From NCBI GenBank assembly GCA_038087875.1, contig CM075979.1, forward strand, positions 77,004,001 through 77,068,000: a DNA stretch of 64,000 bases. The letters run 5' to 3'. The first letter of the stretch is position 1; every line of letters starts with the position of its first letter. Source of the DNA: Malacoraja senta. Taxonomy: Eukaryota. The notes under the pieces are model-generated. The model did not search any database. It was not told where the DNA came from and was given only the letters and a program-made list of their open reading frames with translations. A program made the position numbers and the translations under genes. Shown piece by piece: positions 48,325-61,592 of this stretch.

Positions 48325-49778
48325 CTGCACAGACCAGCGATACCCACACATTAGCGCTGTCCTACACACACACTGGGGACAATTTACATTTAAACCTGTA
48401 AATCCACAAACCTGTGCGACTTTGGAGTGTGGGAGGAAACCGAAGATCTCGGAGAAAATCCACGCGGTCACGGGGAGAACGTACAAACTCCGTTCAGACA
48501 GCACCATTAGTCGGGGTCGAACCCAGGTTTCTGGTGCTGTAAGCGCTGTAAGGCAGCAACTCTACTGCTGTGCCACCGTGCTGGATAGCTTGGGCTCAGA
48601 AACACAGATATAACACATGTGGTCACGAAAAGCTGGAGTAACAGCGGGACAGGCAGCATCTCTGGAGAAAATCCACATGGTCACGGGAGAACGTACAAAC
48701 TGTGCAGACGGCGCCCATGGTCAGAATCGAACCCGGGTCTATGAAGCTGAGGCAGCAACTACCGCTGCACCACTTACTGGTGCCCCCTAATTCCCCATTT
48801 ACTGGTGCCCTCCCCTAATTCACCATTTACTGGTGCCCTCCCCTAATTCCCCATTTACTGGTGCCCTCCCCTAATTCACCATTTAATGGTGCCCTCCCCT
48901 AATTCACCATATACTGGTGCCCTCCCCTAATTCCCCATTTACTGGTGCCCTCCCCTAATTCACCATTTAATGGTGCCCTCCCCTAATTCACCATATACTG
49001 GTGCCCTCCCCTAATTCCCCATTTACTGGTGCCCTCCCCTAATTCCCCATTTACTGGTGCCCTCCCCTAATTCACCATTTAATGGTGCCCTCCGCTAATT
49101 CCCCATTAACGGTGCCCTCCTCAATCCCAAATGCTTTAGGATTGGCCTACAAACCCTTACAACCCAAACCACGGGAAGAACATACAAACTCTGCACAGAT
49201 AGCACCCATAGTCAGGATTAAACCGAGGTCTCTGGTGCTGTAAGGCAGCAACTCTACTACTGCTCCACAAAGTGCTGGAGTAACTCACTGCATCAAGCAG
49301 CATCTAACAGACATGGAAAGGCTGCAGAAGGGTCCCAACCCTAAATGTTGCCTATCCATGTCCATGGATGTTGCCTAATCTGCTCACATTGATTAATGAA
49401 TACAGATTGCTCAGTACTAGAAAAAAAAGTTATATATTGCCATTGGATATTATACACGGCTGAGAGGCTCAGTGCTACATCTGAAATATAGAGACTTTTA
49501 CTTTAGACATTAGACTTTAGAAATACAGCAGGGAAACAGGCCCTTCAGCCCACCGACTCTGCGTTGAACAACAATCAACCCATATATTAGTTTTATCCTA
49601 CAGTAAGGATAATTAACTCACAAACCTGTATCTTTGGAGTGTGGGAGGAAGAGAAAACCCACACAGTCACAGGAAGAACATACAAACTGTGTACAGACTG
49701 CACCCGTAATCAGGATCGAACCCGGGTCTCTGGCGCTGCAAGGCAGCAACTCTTCCACTGTGCCACTGTGCCGCCCTG
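48325..49778 (-). mobile_element. Cluster of V-SINE copies and fragments (48325-48580, 48665-48772, 49150-49265, 49505-49778) mixed with PLE-terminus pieces
   Basis: Repeated SINE heads and V-domains. Confidence 0.8.
48774..49120. repeat. 28-bp minisatellite, about 12 copies (ACTGGTGCCCTCCCCTAATTCMCCATTT)
   Basis: Units start at 48801, 48829 and onward. Confidence 0.95.
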
Positions 49779-49789
49779 AGCTTTGCAGG

Positions 49790-49910
49790 AGATACAGTGA
49801 AGCTATACTATAGTGAAGCTTCAGGCTGAATTATGGTCTTGAGCCTTTTGACTGGGACTTGAACCCACCACATTTTGACACAGAAGTACCAATGATGTCC
49901 ACTGTGTCCA
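49790..49910 (-). mobile_element. Old tRNA-derived SINE head, Deu-domain/SacSINE1-like
   Basis: GGGACTTGAACCCAC B-box complement with a CAGGCTGAATTATG context recalled from shark Deu-SINEs. Degenerate. Confidence 0.4.
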
Positions 49911-50753
49911 ATTGCTACTACTAGGTTACAGAGAGCAGTCTTGTCCAGTTACAGGTTGTGCGACCAAACTGCTTCTGAATCGTTTTATTTTGCTTATTTG
50001 CTTCCAGAGACAGACAAAGACACAGAGCTCAGCTATAAATCAAGCCGCAGCCACTTAAATGGTGGAATAGGTCATGTTGGCCCTCTTCCAAATTATACAG
50101 TGAATTTTAGTTGATCTTTGTTGAGGCGCGGAGTGACCTGTCTTCCCACATAAAACCAACCGAGCCACTTAAAACTTAACCCACTCATGGAACTTCCTGT
50201 CTCCTTTACAACTCTAGCCTTTGTCCGCCCATTTACCAATCATCCCCGCACTCACTTATATCCACATCACTTACAAGACTTTGTCCCACCCCACGTCTTT
50301 TCCAGATTTCTCCCCGCAACTACAATCATCTTGAAGAAGGGTCCTGACTAGAAATGTCTCCTATCCGTGTCCTCAACAGATGCTGCCTGATCCATTGAGT
50401 TACTCCAGTGCTTTCAGTTATTTGTAAGATTCCTGTTCCAAGTGTCTCCACTTAAATTCTGGGTACACAGAATTAATTACCTTTGTGTAAAAATCTCAGC
50501 TGGAAAATCCGTGCTTAAATGAAGTGTGGTCGGCCCAGTCCAACGTCTCCCTTCTCGTTTGCTGGATGTGAGATCTCCAAGTGATGAAAGTTTTCTCTCC
50601 CCTTGGCTTTGCATCTCGCAAGGCTCGAGTCTCGGTAGCTGACCAGCATGTAACGATGAAGCAAACGATTCTCATTTATTTATAATGAGCTCCGCAGTCC
50701 AGTTCAATATCTTGAGCATGCGAAAAGCCAACACCTTAGTTGTGAGAAATAAA

Positions 50754-51160
50754 AAAGACACAAAGTGCTGGAGTAACTCAGCCAAACCGGTAGCATCTCT
50801 GGAGAACAAAGATAGGTGATAGATACAAGGTGCTGGAATGACTCAGCAGATCAGGCAGCATCTCTGGAGAACAAGGATGCGTGATGTTATGGGTCCGGAC
50901 CCGAAGAAAGGTTATCTATCCCTTTTCTCCAGAGATGCTGCCTGACTCATTGAGCTCCTTGTGTCTATCTTTGGTATAAACCAACATCTGCAGTTCCTTG
51001 TTTGTACATTATGGATAGGTGGTGTTTCAGTCTAAAGAAGGACCCTGACCTTTCGGGTCACCAGAGTTATCCAGGGATAATGCCTGACCTGTTGAGTCAA
51101 TCCATCACTTTGTGTCTTTTTTTTAAATAAACCAGCATCTGCAGTTCCTTGTTTCCACCT
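50754..51160. mobile_element. Two nested PLE-terminus inverted dyads
   Basis: Outer arms 50754-50820 and ~51012-51160. Inner dyad ~50821-51006. Confidence 0.75.
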
Positions 51161-52179
51161 TATTTGTAAGGTTCCCAAACAAAGTATGGAATAGGCTTAC
51201 CTACATGGTTTCTTTAGACCCATTGAGGAAACAACCCACCCTTCCCAATAGGATGTCTGTCGTCCCCAACCAGCCCACTACCAAGAGCCTCCCCTTATTT
51301 TGGATAATAAATAGAGAAGAGTTCAACCACAACAATTATTGAAAAAAATAACTAATTTGTGTTTTATTTATACAAAAATTCAAGTTTCTGCAGTTGGAGA
51401 TTATTGTAAGCTTGGTTAGGAGTACTGTTCAAAGCAAGTGTGCCAATGCTTGGGCTTTGGGAGAGGGGCTGAGAATTTAATAATCCATCAGCATTCAACA
51501 GTAACCACCTCTCATGCTTATGGAATTTCTGTGGTCTATCAGTGATTTAGGATCGACCTCTGAACCATCTGTGGTATGTTTCTGGCATGTAGCGTGTCTC
51601 TTTTCTATTCCTGGTCCATCACTTTATTTGGTCTCTGGCTGGATGGTCTCTCAATTGCCAGGTCTGTTGTTATTCTTTGATGTTCCTGTGGAAGGTCTAG
51701 TCTACCTTGATTAGATAAGTGAGAGGCCTGGAAAAGATAGTGAATAAATCACCCAGTATATGTTGGATACGTCCTTGTGTGATGAGGGCTGAAAATTGTG
51801 AATTTACTGGCAAGAATAATATTGCAGATACATGGGAGGTGCCAGGGAACTGGAAGATTGCAAATAGAGCCAACACGTCATAGAGCGTGGAAACAGGTCC
51901 TTCGGCCCAACTTGCCCACACCTACCATCATGTCTCATCGACACTAGTCCCACCTACCTGCATGTGACCTATATCTCTCTAAATCTGTCCTATCCATGTA
52001 CCTGTCTAATTGTTTCTTATATGTTGCAATAGTCCCTGCCTCAACTACCTCCTCTGGCACCTTTTTCCATACATCCACCACCCTTGTTATACCTTTAGTT
52101 CAAACATAGCAGGCACGAGCAAACCAGTTCCACCTCAGTGCTGGGATAATATCAGAGGGAAGAAGCAGAGACAGAGTCA

Positions 52180-53600
52180 ATGGTCACTGGACGTTGTTGT
52201 GGCACAGACTGTCCACCTCACGGGGGACTTCAATGTTCATCACCAAGAGTGGCTTGGTAGCACCAGCACTGACCAAACTGGTTGAGTCCTGTCAGGCTAG
52301 CTCTGAGGCAGGTAGTGAGGGAACCAACATAAGAGACAAACATATATGACTTTGCCATCGTCAATCTACCTGTGACAGTTGCATCTGTCCATGACAGTGC
52401 TGGTTAAAGTGAACACCACGCGGTCCTTGAGGAGGCAGAGTTCTGCCTTCCCACCAGGGGGCACTCTCCATCATGTTGCAGGATATCGTGCTGAATGCGG
52501 TAGATTCAGAACACATGGGTCCAGAATGGGGCGGCACGGTGGCGCAGCAGTAGAGTTACTGCCCTACAGCACCAGAGACCCATGTTCAATCCTGACTACG
52601 GGTGCTGTCTGTACTCATTTTGTACGTTCTCCCCGTGACCGCGTGGGTTTTCACCCAGGTCCTCCGGTTTCCTCCCACACACCAAAGATGTACAGGTTTG
52701 TTGGTTAATTGGCTTTGGTAAAGATTGTAAATTGTTCCTTCTGTGCAGGATAGTGCTAGTGTACGGGGAACGCTGGTCGGCGCGGACTCGGTGGGACGAA
52801 GGCCCTGTTTCCGCTCTGTATCTCTAAACTAAACTAAAGTAAACTAAACATCTGGCAGTGCAAAACTAGGCATCCATGTAGACCATCGACCACAGCAGAA
52901 ATGTCCACTACTATAATCTGTAACACCATAGCCCACCATGTCACTCACTCCATTATTACTGCCCAGCCAGAGGATCACAGAGGTCATGCTGGAAGCAACA
53001 CTGGTGTCTCTAAAAGTGAGGAAATACCAGGCAGGTGAAGTTGCAGTCCAGCTAAACAGCCTGCAGCAGATAGAGATAAGCAATCTCACAACCACCACAT
53101 CAGGTCAAAGCTCTGACCTACCACATCTAGTCATGTATGGTGGCGGACAACTAACAAAGAGAATGATGCTCCAAGATCAGTCCCAACCTCAATGTTGGTC
53201 GGGCCTAGCAAGGGAGTGTTAATGTAAAGGCTGAAAGCTTCACCAACATGTTCAGCCAGAGATGCTGCCAGCATGACCCATCTCAGCTTCCTGCTTACTC
53301 CCCACCACCACTAAAGCCAGAATCTAGCCAATTTGTTTCACTCTGCGTGATGTTAACAAATTGCTGAAAGCACCGGATACAGCAAAGACTACAGGAGCAG
53401 ACAACATCCCAGTGATAGCACTGAAAACTTGCGCTCAGGAATTAGCAGTGCCTCCAGCAAACTGTTCGAATACTTAAAGCCTGGGCACTTTTGTGACAAG
53501 TGAAAAATTGTCCAGGTATCTCCCGCACAAACAAACAAAAATTGTCTAATTACTGACCTGTCATCAACAAGTCATTGTTGGTCAAGCTATCAAGTGACAC
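52180..53600 (+). mobile_element. Ancient LINE remnant (endonuclease to early RT), interrupted by a V-SINE
   Basis: GDFNVHHQEWLGST and AKTTGADNIPVIALKTCAQELAVP. Related remnant at ~18480-18750. Confidence 0.65.
52528..52848 (+). mobile_element. HE1-type V-SINE, full-length
   Basis: GGGGCGGCACGGTGGCGCAG head through (TAAAC)n tail. Confidence 0.92.
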
Positions 53601-54057
53601 TGACCAGATATGGACCACTGACTGAATGCCACATCTTGTCTGCAACCTTCAGATCCCAAATATGAATTAAAAAAATGACATTGATTAAAGAATGTCAGTA
53701 TAAAGTTGTCAAGCGAATCATGCGTAACCAACTAGATAGAATTGTTGATGTGGTAGCAGAGGATTAATGAAGAAAATGCAGTTGTTACAGCACATACGGA
53801 TATTCTGAAGACATTTGATAAGTTGCAACATAATAGGTTTGTGATCAATTGAAGCCCCGCCCATGGATTAAAAGTGGTATAGCAGGGTGTGTACAAAAAA
53901 ATGACCTAATGACAGAAACAGAGAGTAGTGGTAAATGGTTTCTATTTGATGAACTGGACTGCACAATAAAGTTCCCATGCTATTCTCTGTATATAAGATA
54001 ATGAGATTGGAGCAGAAATGGCCCATTCAGCCCATCAAGTCTACTTTGCCATTCAAC

Positions 54058-54330
54058 CATGGCTGATCAACCTCTCCCTCCTAACACCATAACCTCAGAC
54101 ACCTCCCTCCTAACACCATAACCTCAGACACCCATGGCTGATCAACCTCTCCCTCCTAACACCATAACCTCAGACACTCCCTCCTAACACCATAACCTCA
54201 GACACCCATGGCTGATCAACCTCTCCCTCCTAACACCATAACCTCAGACACTCCCTCCTAACACCATAACCTCAGACACCCATGGCTGATCAACCTCTCC
54301 CTCCTAACAACATAACCTCAGATACCCGTA
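54058..54330. repeat. 74-75-bp higher-order tandem repeat derived from a CR1 3' UTR
   Basis: Units start at 54058, 54133, 54207 and 54281. Embedded in a minus-strand CR1 3' UTR (~53995-54345). Confidence 0.88.
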
Positions 54331-54345
54331 CTAATCAAGAATCTT

Positions 54346-54757
54346 ACCCATGGCTATCGGGACTACACTTCTTCCAACCCCGCTTCCTGTAAGGACTCCA
54401 TTCCCTACTCCCAATTCCTCGTCTACGCCGCATCTGCACCCAGGATGAAGTGTTCCACACCAGGCATCGCAAATGTCCTCATTCTTCAGGGAACGCGGGT
54501 TCCCCTCTTCTACTATAGATGAGACTCTCACCAGGATCTCTTCTGTACCCCGTGACTCTGCTCTCACTCCCCATCCCCCCACTCATAACAAGGGCAGAGT
54601 CCCCCATATCCTCACCTCCACCCCAACAGCCGTCACATGCAACAAATAATCCTCCGACATTTTTGCCCCTCCAACGTGATCCCACCACTTGCACATCCTC
54701 CCATCTCCTCCCCTGTCCGCTTTCCACAGAGACCGCTCCCTCCGTAACTCCCTGGTC
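54346..54757 (+). mobile_element. Decayed PLE internal fragment (post-RT region)
   Basis: SCKDSIPYSQFLRLRRIC, with overlap similarity to 14250-14519. Confidence 0.82.
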
Positions 54758-55254
54758 AAGTTGGGTGAACATAGCACAACTTACAAATGTGCAGATGATA
54801 CACATCGTGAACGCTTTGATGGTGGGAAGTGGAAAGTCAAAGACTTCAAGATTAAAACAGATTGGTCACTTAAAAAAATCTAAGTAATTAGGCCGTCAAC
54901 GTGCTTTTCTGAAAGGGAAATTTTTGGACTAATTTATTGGAATTCTTTGAAGAAGAAACATATGCTGCAGATAAATAGACTGCAGCTGATGTACTAAGAT
55001 TTCTGGAACGCATTAAATAAGGTGTTTGTATCAAAGGATGTTGCAGTAATTAAAAGGCATGTTTTGCGAAATAATATATTGGCATAGGTAGAGGATCAGC
55101 TGGCTAATAAAAATAGGGATTAGATATAAATTAACCCTCTGACTGGCAAAATGTAATGTGCAGTATGCCACTGGATCAGTAAAGGTTTCCTGTTTATTAT
55201 AATTTATATAAATGATGGATGAAGGCACCAAAGGTATGGTTATCAATTTGCAGT

Positions 55255-55672
55255 TTAGTTTACTGTAGTTTTAGTTTAGAGATACAGCGCGGAAATAAGC
55301 CCTTGGGCCCACCGACTCCACACCGAACCAGTGCTCCCTGCACATGAACACTATCCTGCATACACTGGGGACAATTCATACCTATACCAAGCTAATTAAC
55401 AGGGTCCGCGCCAACCAGTGATCCCCGCACATTAACATTATCCTACACCCACAAGAGACAATTTTTACATTTACCAAGCCAATTTACCTACAAACCTGTA
55501 CGTCTTTGGAGTGTGGGAGGAAGCTGAAGATCTCGGAGGAAACCCATGCAGATCACGAGGGGGACGTACAAACTCCGTACAGACAGCGTCCGTAGTCGGG
55601 ATCGAACCCGGGTCTCCGGCGCTGCGAGCGCTGTAAGGCAGCAACTGTACCGCTGCGCCACCGTGACCGCCC
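55255..55672 (-). mobile_element. HE1-type V-SINE with a duplicated 3' segment
   Basis: Two tail segments (55255-55400 and 55402 onward), 9-nt insertion head. Confidence 0.85.
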
Positions 55673-56992
55673 TGAATAGGTGGGAAAGCGACTTGTGAAG
55701 AGGTCAGAGGAGGTGACAAAAGGATACAGATAGGTAAAGTTTGTGGGCAAGGGTTCTAGCAATTAGAACATAATGTCCGAAAATGTGGCATTGTCCATTT
55801 TGGAAGGAAAAAGTGAAGAAGAAGCATCAACATTTGAGAGATTGTGGAGGGATCTGGGAGACCTAGTGTGTGAATTATAAATGGCTAGATTACAGGCACA
55901 GGATAGAAAAATAAACCAAACACTGAGACCACAACTGAAGCAAAGCCAGAAAATGCTGGAAACACTGAGCAGGTCAGGCAGCATCTGTTTGAAGAGAAGA
56001 GTTACCTTTCTCCGTCTTTATCTCTCTCTCCACAGATGTCGCTTGACCTGCAGAGAATTTCACTATTTTTAATTTCCTGGCACCTGCAGTTTTTTGATGA
56101 ATCACAGTGGGTTTCTCTGCAGAGTTTTGGGCTCCTTATTGCAGGAATGATCTTAATGCAACAGTGGCAATTCAGATACCTGGAGTAGGCAGGTTGTCTT
56201 ATGAGGACATGTTAGACAGGCTAGATGCTGGAGCTTTAAAGAGTGTGAGGAGTTTGATGAAACATTTAAGAGGTTTCACAGGGCAGATATATCATCTCAT
56301 GGCGGAATCTAGAAATTGCAATCCATGTTGAAATATAGGGGGAATTTAACATAGGGGGTCTAGAATCCATGGAACTCTCTTCCTCAAAATTGATGGAAGT
56401 TAAATCTTTTGAGCATGTTTAAGGCAGAGGTAGATAACTTCTCGATATGCAAGAGAGTGAAAGGTTAAGAGAAGTAGATGAGAATGTAGGGTTACAATTA
56501 TATCAGCCACAATCCCATTGAATGGCAGTGAATGCACAAGGGTCATCTCCCACTCCTACCTGATATGTTCAGACCTATTTCATTATAATCATTGAATGGC
56601 CTCCTAACCACTGCACAATAGTTAACAATTAACCCCATTGTTTTGCCCAAACTACTCTCCATTACAATGCACAGCTAAACCAGCCCAAAAGCAGGGGCAT
56701 TTAAGACCCTTTTGCGACTGTATCTTAGACTTCAGACTTTAGAGATACAGTGTGGTAACAGGCCCTTTGGCTCACTGAGACCGCACTGATCAGCGATCAC
56801 CCCAGACACTAGCACTATCCCACACACTAGGGGCAATTTACAATTTACAGAAGTCAATTAGCCTACAAACCTGGACGTCTATGGAATGTGGGACAAAACA
56901 GGAGCACCTGAGAAAACCCACACGGTCACAGGGAGAACGTACAAACTCCATACAGACAGCACCCACCACAACCCGGGTCTCTGGCGCTGTAA

Positions 56993-58208
56993 AGCCCCTG
57001 CCCCACTTGGGCGACCTCCACCGCGACCTCTGGCGAGTTTGCTCGTGACCAATAGTCACGAGGTCGTAGGAGGTCTTCGTCACTCTCCTTCATGGTCGAG
57101 AGTGGTCTCTGCGTAGTCGAGACTTCATCTAGGCCACGGCGTATTTTTGAAGATGTTAAAATTGATCACGACTAAAAATAGGTCGTCGTGGAAAAAAAGC
57201 AATATTTTTTTAGTCGTAGGTCTAGTCGAAGCCGGTCATAGTAGGTCATGATGCTAGACGTAGGTAGTCGAAGGTGGTCGAAGGTAATCGAAGGTAATAC
57301 CTCCGGGGTGAAAAAAGGTCAGTAGAAAAAAAAGGTAATTTAAACAGCAGAACGTCACCTCATTCACTCCAAGGCATGTTCATTCACAGCTGGAGAGTTT
57401 TTTGGAGAGGAGACTTGTGTTTTAGAGATGGCACCAAAAAGGCAGCAGCGCAGGGGGAGGGCACAACCCTAAAAAAACCCTGTCATGCAGGTGTTGCCCA
57501 CCCAGTAGGAGGAGTGGCAGGAGGTGATGCCACAGGAGGTGATAGTGCAGGAGGAGGTAGCCCTTGCATGAGAGACCCCTGAGGAAGAGACCAGGGTGGC
57601 AGTATATGTCCCCACCACCACCCCATCCTTCACTGCCTCATTTGAAGACAGCAAAGCAGCCCTTTCTCCTGTGTCTGACACAGCATCAGAGGCAGATGCC
57701 CCATTGGTGGTGAGGGAGGGCTGGAGGAAGGTTATGCCCTACACCTTCACCAGGCAGCAGGAGGGGGACCTTGAGGAATTGTTTCAGCAGAATGCCATCC
57801 TGTACGAAAAGGAAAAACCTGGGAGCAATTTTATAATGAGAAAAAAATGCAGACATGACATCATTTTATCAGGTGATCATTTGGGCTGTAGGCACTCGTC
57901 ACTGGTTTGTTGTTGGTTTTCGTGTGGTCTTTTAAGGTGGAAGGGGGTCGTGCTCATTCACGGACCAATTTGCCAGAGACCATCATCGAGTAAAACGTAC
58001 ATGGTCGAAGCCAGTCTTCAACATAGTCGAAGGAGGTCGAAGGAGGTCTTCTTCATAGTAGAGGGAGGTCTTCAACAGTCGTAGGAGGTCGTACACATAG
58101 TCGAGGAAGGTCGCAGGAGGTCGTAGGTCACCGCAACCTTGATTTTATTTTTAGTCGTTTAAGGTCACCAGAGGTTGCGGTGGAGGTCTCTGAAGTGGGA
58201 CAGGCCCT
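56993..58208 (+). mobile_element. Internally deleted PIF/Harbinger element H4
   Basis: TIR AGCCCCTGCCCCACTT / AAGTGGGACAGGCCCT. TAA TSD at 56990-56992 and 58209-58211. Subterminal RGTCGWAG arrays. Confidence 0.88.
57428..57825 (+). pseudogene. Decayed 5' part of a Harbinger Myb/SANT(MADF)-like DNA-binding protein gene
   Basis: ATG MAPKRQQRRGR (basic), an acidic stretch, then YTFTRQQEGDLEELFQQNAILYEK resembling helix 1 of MADF/trihelix domains. Stops and frameshifts present. Confidence 0.55.
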
Positions 58209-58389
58209 TAAGGCAGCAACTCTACCACTGTGTCACTGTGCCGCCCAAGTTCTAAATACCTAGTTCCGTGGTCAGTACTACTGAAACAAGCTTTAAAAAA
58301 AAAAATCATTTCAGATTCCTTAATTTACTAAATTTAAATTCTGCAGACTCCAAAGTACATTTGAAATCATTCTCCAGATTATTAGAGAC

Positions 58390-58612
58390 ATAAGGAACTG
58401 CAGAGGCTGGTTTATAAGCAAAAACACGAAGTGCTGGAGTAACTCCACGGGTCAGGCAGCATCTCCAGAGAGCATGGGAAGATGAGATTTTGGTTAGGAG
58501 TCTTCTTTAGCATGAAGACATCTGCAGAAGGGTCTCATCCCAAAACATCACCTTTCCAGGTTCCCCAGAGATGCTGCCTGATTCATCGAGTTTGCTCCAG
58601 CACTTCGTGCCT
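58390..58612. mobile_element. Degenerate PLE-terminus inverted dyad
   Basis: CACGAAGTGCTGGAG... / ...CTCCAGCACTTCGTG arms. Confidence 0.78.
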
Positions 58613-60019
58613 TTTTTTCTCCAGATTATTAGTTGTGTAATTCAAAACTAGTGGTGTTGTAATTTATCCACCGTGCTGGCACCAACCATCTCAGGGTTCT
58701 CACTGGTCTGTCCCTTCAACTTCTCCACATTATCTCTAGTCCACCTCTCGTGTGCTTCTTTGTTCATCCTCAGGATAATCTCTGCACTGTCTCAGGAGTC
58801 TGTGGACTGTCACTTCTTTGCACAATGTTACTCCTGGTCTCACCTTGCCCTATCTTGGGACTTTGTTTGGACAGTCTTGGGACTTTGTTTGTCTGTCGCT
58901 GCACCGTCTCTGACTGTCCTTGTCCTAGATATGGCCTTCCTTGCTTTGTCACCCATCTTTCTCTCTTTGAGCTTTCTAAAAGCCGACACCCCATTGTGGT
59001 TCACTGTTTCTCTTTAGAATGGTAGTTCCCGTACTGCTCTTGCTGGTGAGAAGTTGCTTTAGCTTTGGTTCCCATGGTTTCACACCGAAGCAGCTCCTAA
59101 TGTTGATATTTTATTACAGTTTCCCTCGGACATTTTATTCACAATTTTAACAATCAACATGAAACCTCAAATGTGTTCATCTGTCACAATGTGGTTTCTA
59201 GCTCAGCCAGTTTCACAATTTCTGCACTTTTTACAGGTAATGAATCCAGGGTTTCATGGAAACAAAGAAAATCAGAACAAGAGTAGGCCAATCAGCCCTT
59301 CGAGGTTACTCTGCAATTGAATGCAATCATGGCAGATCTCCTGTTTCAGTACCATATTCCCGCTCTCACTCCCTCCCCTTAGTCCTTTGATGATAGTTGA
59401 AGCTTAATATTTCTTAAAGTTGGTATTGCAAACTTCAATGATTCTTCACCTCTTACTGAGGTCCAGGCACAGGCTGGCAAAGACAAGTGCTGGCACACCC
59501 CTGCTCCAAATGAGCAACTTGCTGGAGTTTAACCAGCAGAAATTGTAGCCATCACCAGTATTTACCATATTCCGTTGCCAGTCCTCCTTTATCTCCTTGA
59601 ACATCCACAGCTTGAGACCAAAGCTGGCCCTCCACTGCTACCAAATAAGTAGAAGGTATTCATCTGGAACCTTACTCACCCTCTCTGGTTGGTGCATAAG
59701 ACTAAGTGGACGGACTGACCATGTTATTATCCTTCAACCAACACTGAAAACAGATCAGAGACATGGGAGATGGCCGTTGCTGGAATCTGGATTCCTTTCC
59801 ATCTACAGACCCATGGACTGCCTCCAGTAGATGAGATGGAAAAAGGATTAACTGGTTACTATCTCTGTGGGATCTTACAACACGTGTTTTTCATTTTCAA
59901 CAGTGTCTCTTCTTTTTTGGCATGTCCTGAGATTATAGATGTTGCCACGGAATTGTAAGTAATCTTCACCTCACATGCTGTACTCCGAGACTGCACTATA
60001 TGCATTATCTACCAGGCAG

Positions 60020-61592
60020 ATAGAAACATAGACACATAGAAAATAGGTGCAGGAGGAGGCCATTCGGCCCTTCGAGCAAGCACTGCCATTCATTGTGATC
60101 ATGGCTGATCGTCCCCAATCAATAACCCGTGCCTGCCTTCTCCCCATATCCCTTGATTCCACTAGACCCTAGAGCTCTATCTAACTCTCTCTTAAATCCA
60201 TCTAGTGATTTGGCCTCCACTGACTCTGTGGCAGGGAATTTCACAAATTCACAACTCTCTGGGTGAAAAAGTTTTTTCTCACCTCAGTCTTAAATGGCCC
60301 TTTTATTCTAAGACTGTGACCCCTGGTTCTGGACTCGCCCAACATTGGGAACATATTTCCTGTATCTAGCTTGTCCAGTCCTTTTATAATTTTATATGTT
60401 TCTATAATGAGATCCCCCTCATCCTTCTAAACTCCAGTGAATATAAGCCTAGTCTTTTCAAGTCTTTCCTCATATGACATTCCCACCATCCCAGGGATCA
60501 ATCTCGTGAACCTACGCTCACTGCCTCAATCACAAGGATGTCCTTCCTCAAATTAGGAGACCAAAACTGTACACAATACTCCAGATGTGGTCTCACCAGA
60601 GCCCTATACAACTGCAGAAGAACCTCTTTACTCCTATACTGAAATCCTCTTGTTATGAAGGCCAACATTCCATTAGCTTTCTTCACTGCCTGCTGTACCT
60701 GCACGCCAACTTTCAGTGACCGGTGTACAAGGACACCCAGGTCTCGCTGTACCTCCCCTTACCTAACCTAACCCCATTGAGATAATAATCTACCCTTGTT
60801 TTTTGCCACCAAAGTGGATAACCTCACATTTATCTATATTATACTGCATCTGCCACGCATCTGCCCACTCACTCAACCTGTCCAGGTCACCCTGCAACCT
60901 CCTAACATCCTCTTCACAGTTCACACTGCCACCCAGCTGTGTGTCATCCGCAAAGTTGCTAGTGTTGCTCCTAATTCCCTCTTCCAAATCATTAATATAT
61001 ATGGTAAACAGTTGCGGGCCCAACACCGAGCCTTGCGGCACTCCACTCGCCACTGCCTGCCATTCTGAAAAGGACCTGTTCACTCTACTCTTTGCTTCCT
61101 GTCTGCCAACCAATTTTCTATCCATGAAAACATCCTACCACCTATACCATGTGCTCTAATTTTTGTCACCAGTCTCCCGTGCGGGACCTTATCAAAGGTT
61201 TTCTAAAAGTCTAGATACACTACATCCACTGGCGCCCTTCGTCCATTTTACTTGTCACATCCTCAAAAAAATCCAGAAGATTAGTCAAGCATGATTTCCC
61301 TTTCATAAATCCATGCTGACTTGGACTAATCCTTTTACTGCTATCCAAATGCCCCATTATTACCTCTTTAATAATTGACTCCAGCATCTTTCCCACCACT
61401 GAAGTGAGGGCTAACTGGTCTGTAATCCCCGTTTTCTCTCTCGCTCCTTTCTTGAAAAGTGGGATAACATTAGCTATCCTCCAATCCACAGGAACTGATC
61501 CTGAATCTATTGAACATTGGAAAATGCTCACCAATGCGTCCACTATTTCTAGAACCACCTCTCTGAGGACGCTGGGATGCAGACCATCTGAA
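60020..61592 (-). mobile_element. CR1 LINE RT region and 3' UTR, frameshifted
   Basis: QHGFMKGKSCLTNL, PQGSVLGP, FADD and RPHLEYCVQFW across several frames. Confidence 0.93.

Larger units (their letters stand above)
56730..58246 (-). mobile_element. HE1-type V-SINE split by Harbinger element H4
   Basis: Removal of 56993-58211 restores CTGGCGCTG-TAA-GGCAGCAACTC. Confidence 0.88.

Noticed and set aside
50471-50640. Possible minus-strand exon with one open frame
   Set aside because: Weak acceptor and unrecognised peptide; not supportable without transcript data
52528-52600. tRNA gene
   Set aside because: tRNA-derived SINE head continuing into the V-domain and a LINE-type tail, with no intact cloverleaf
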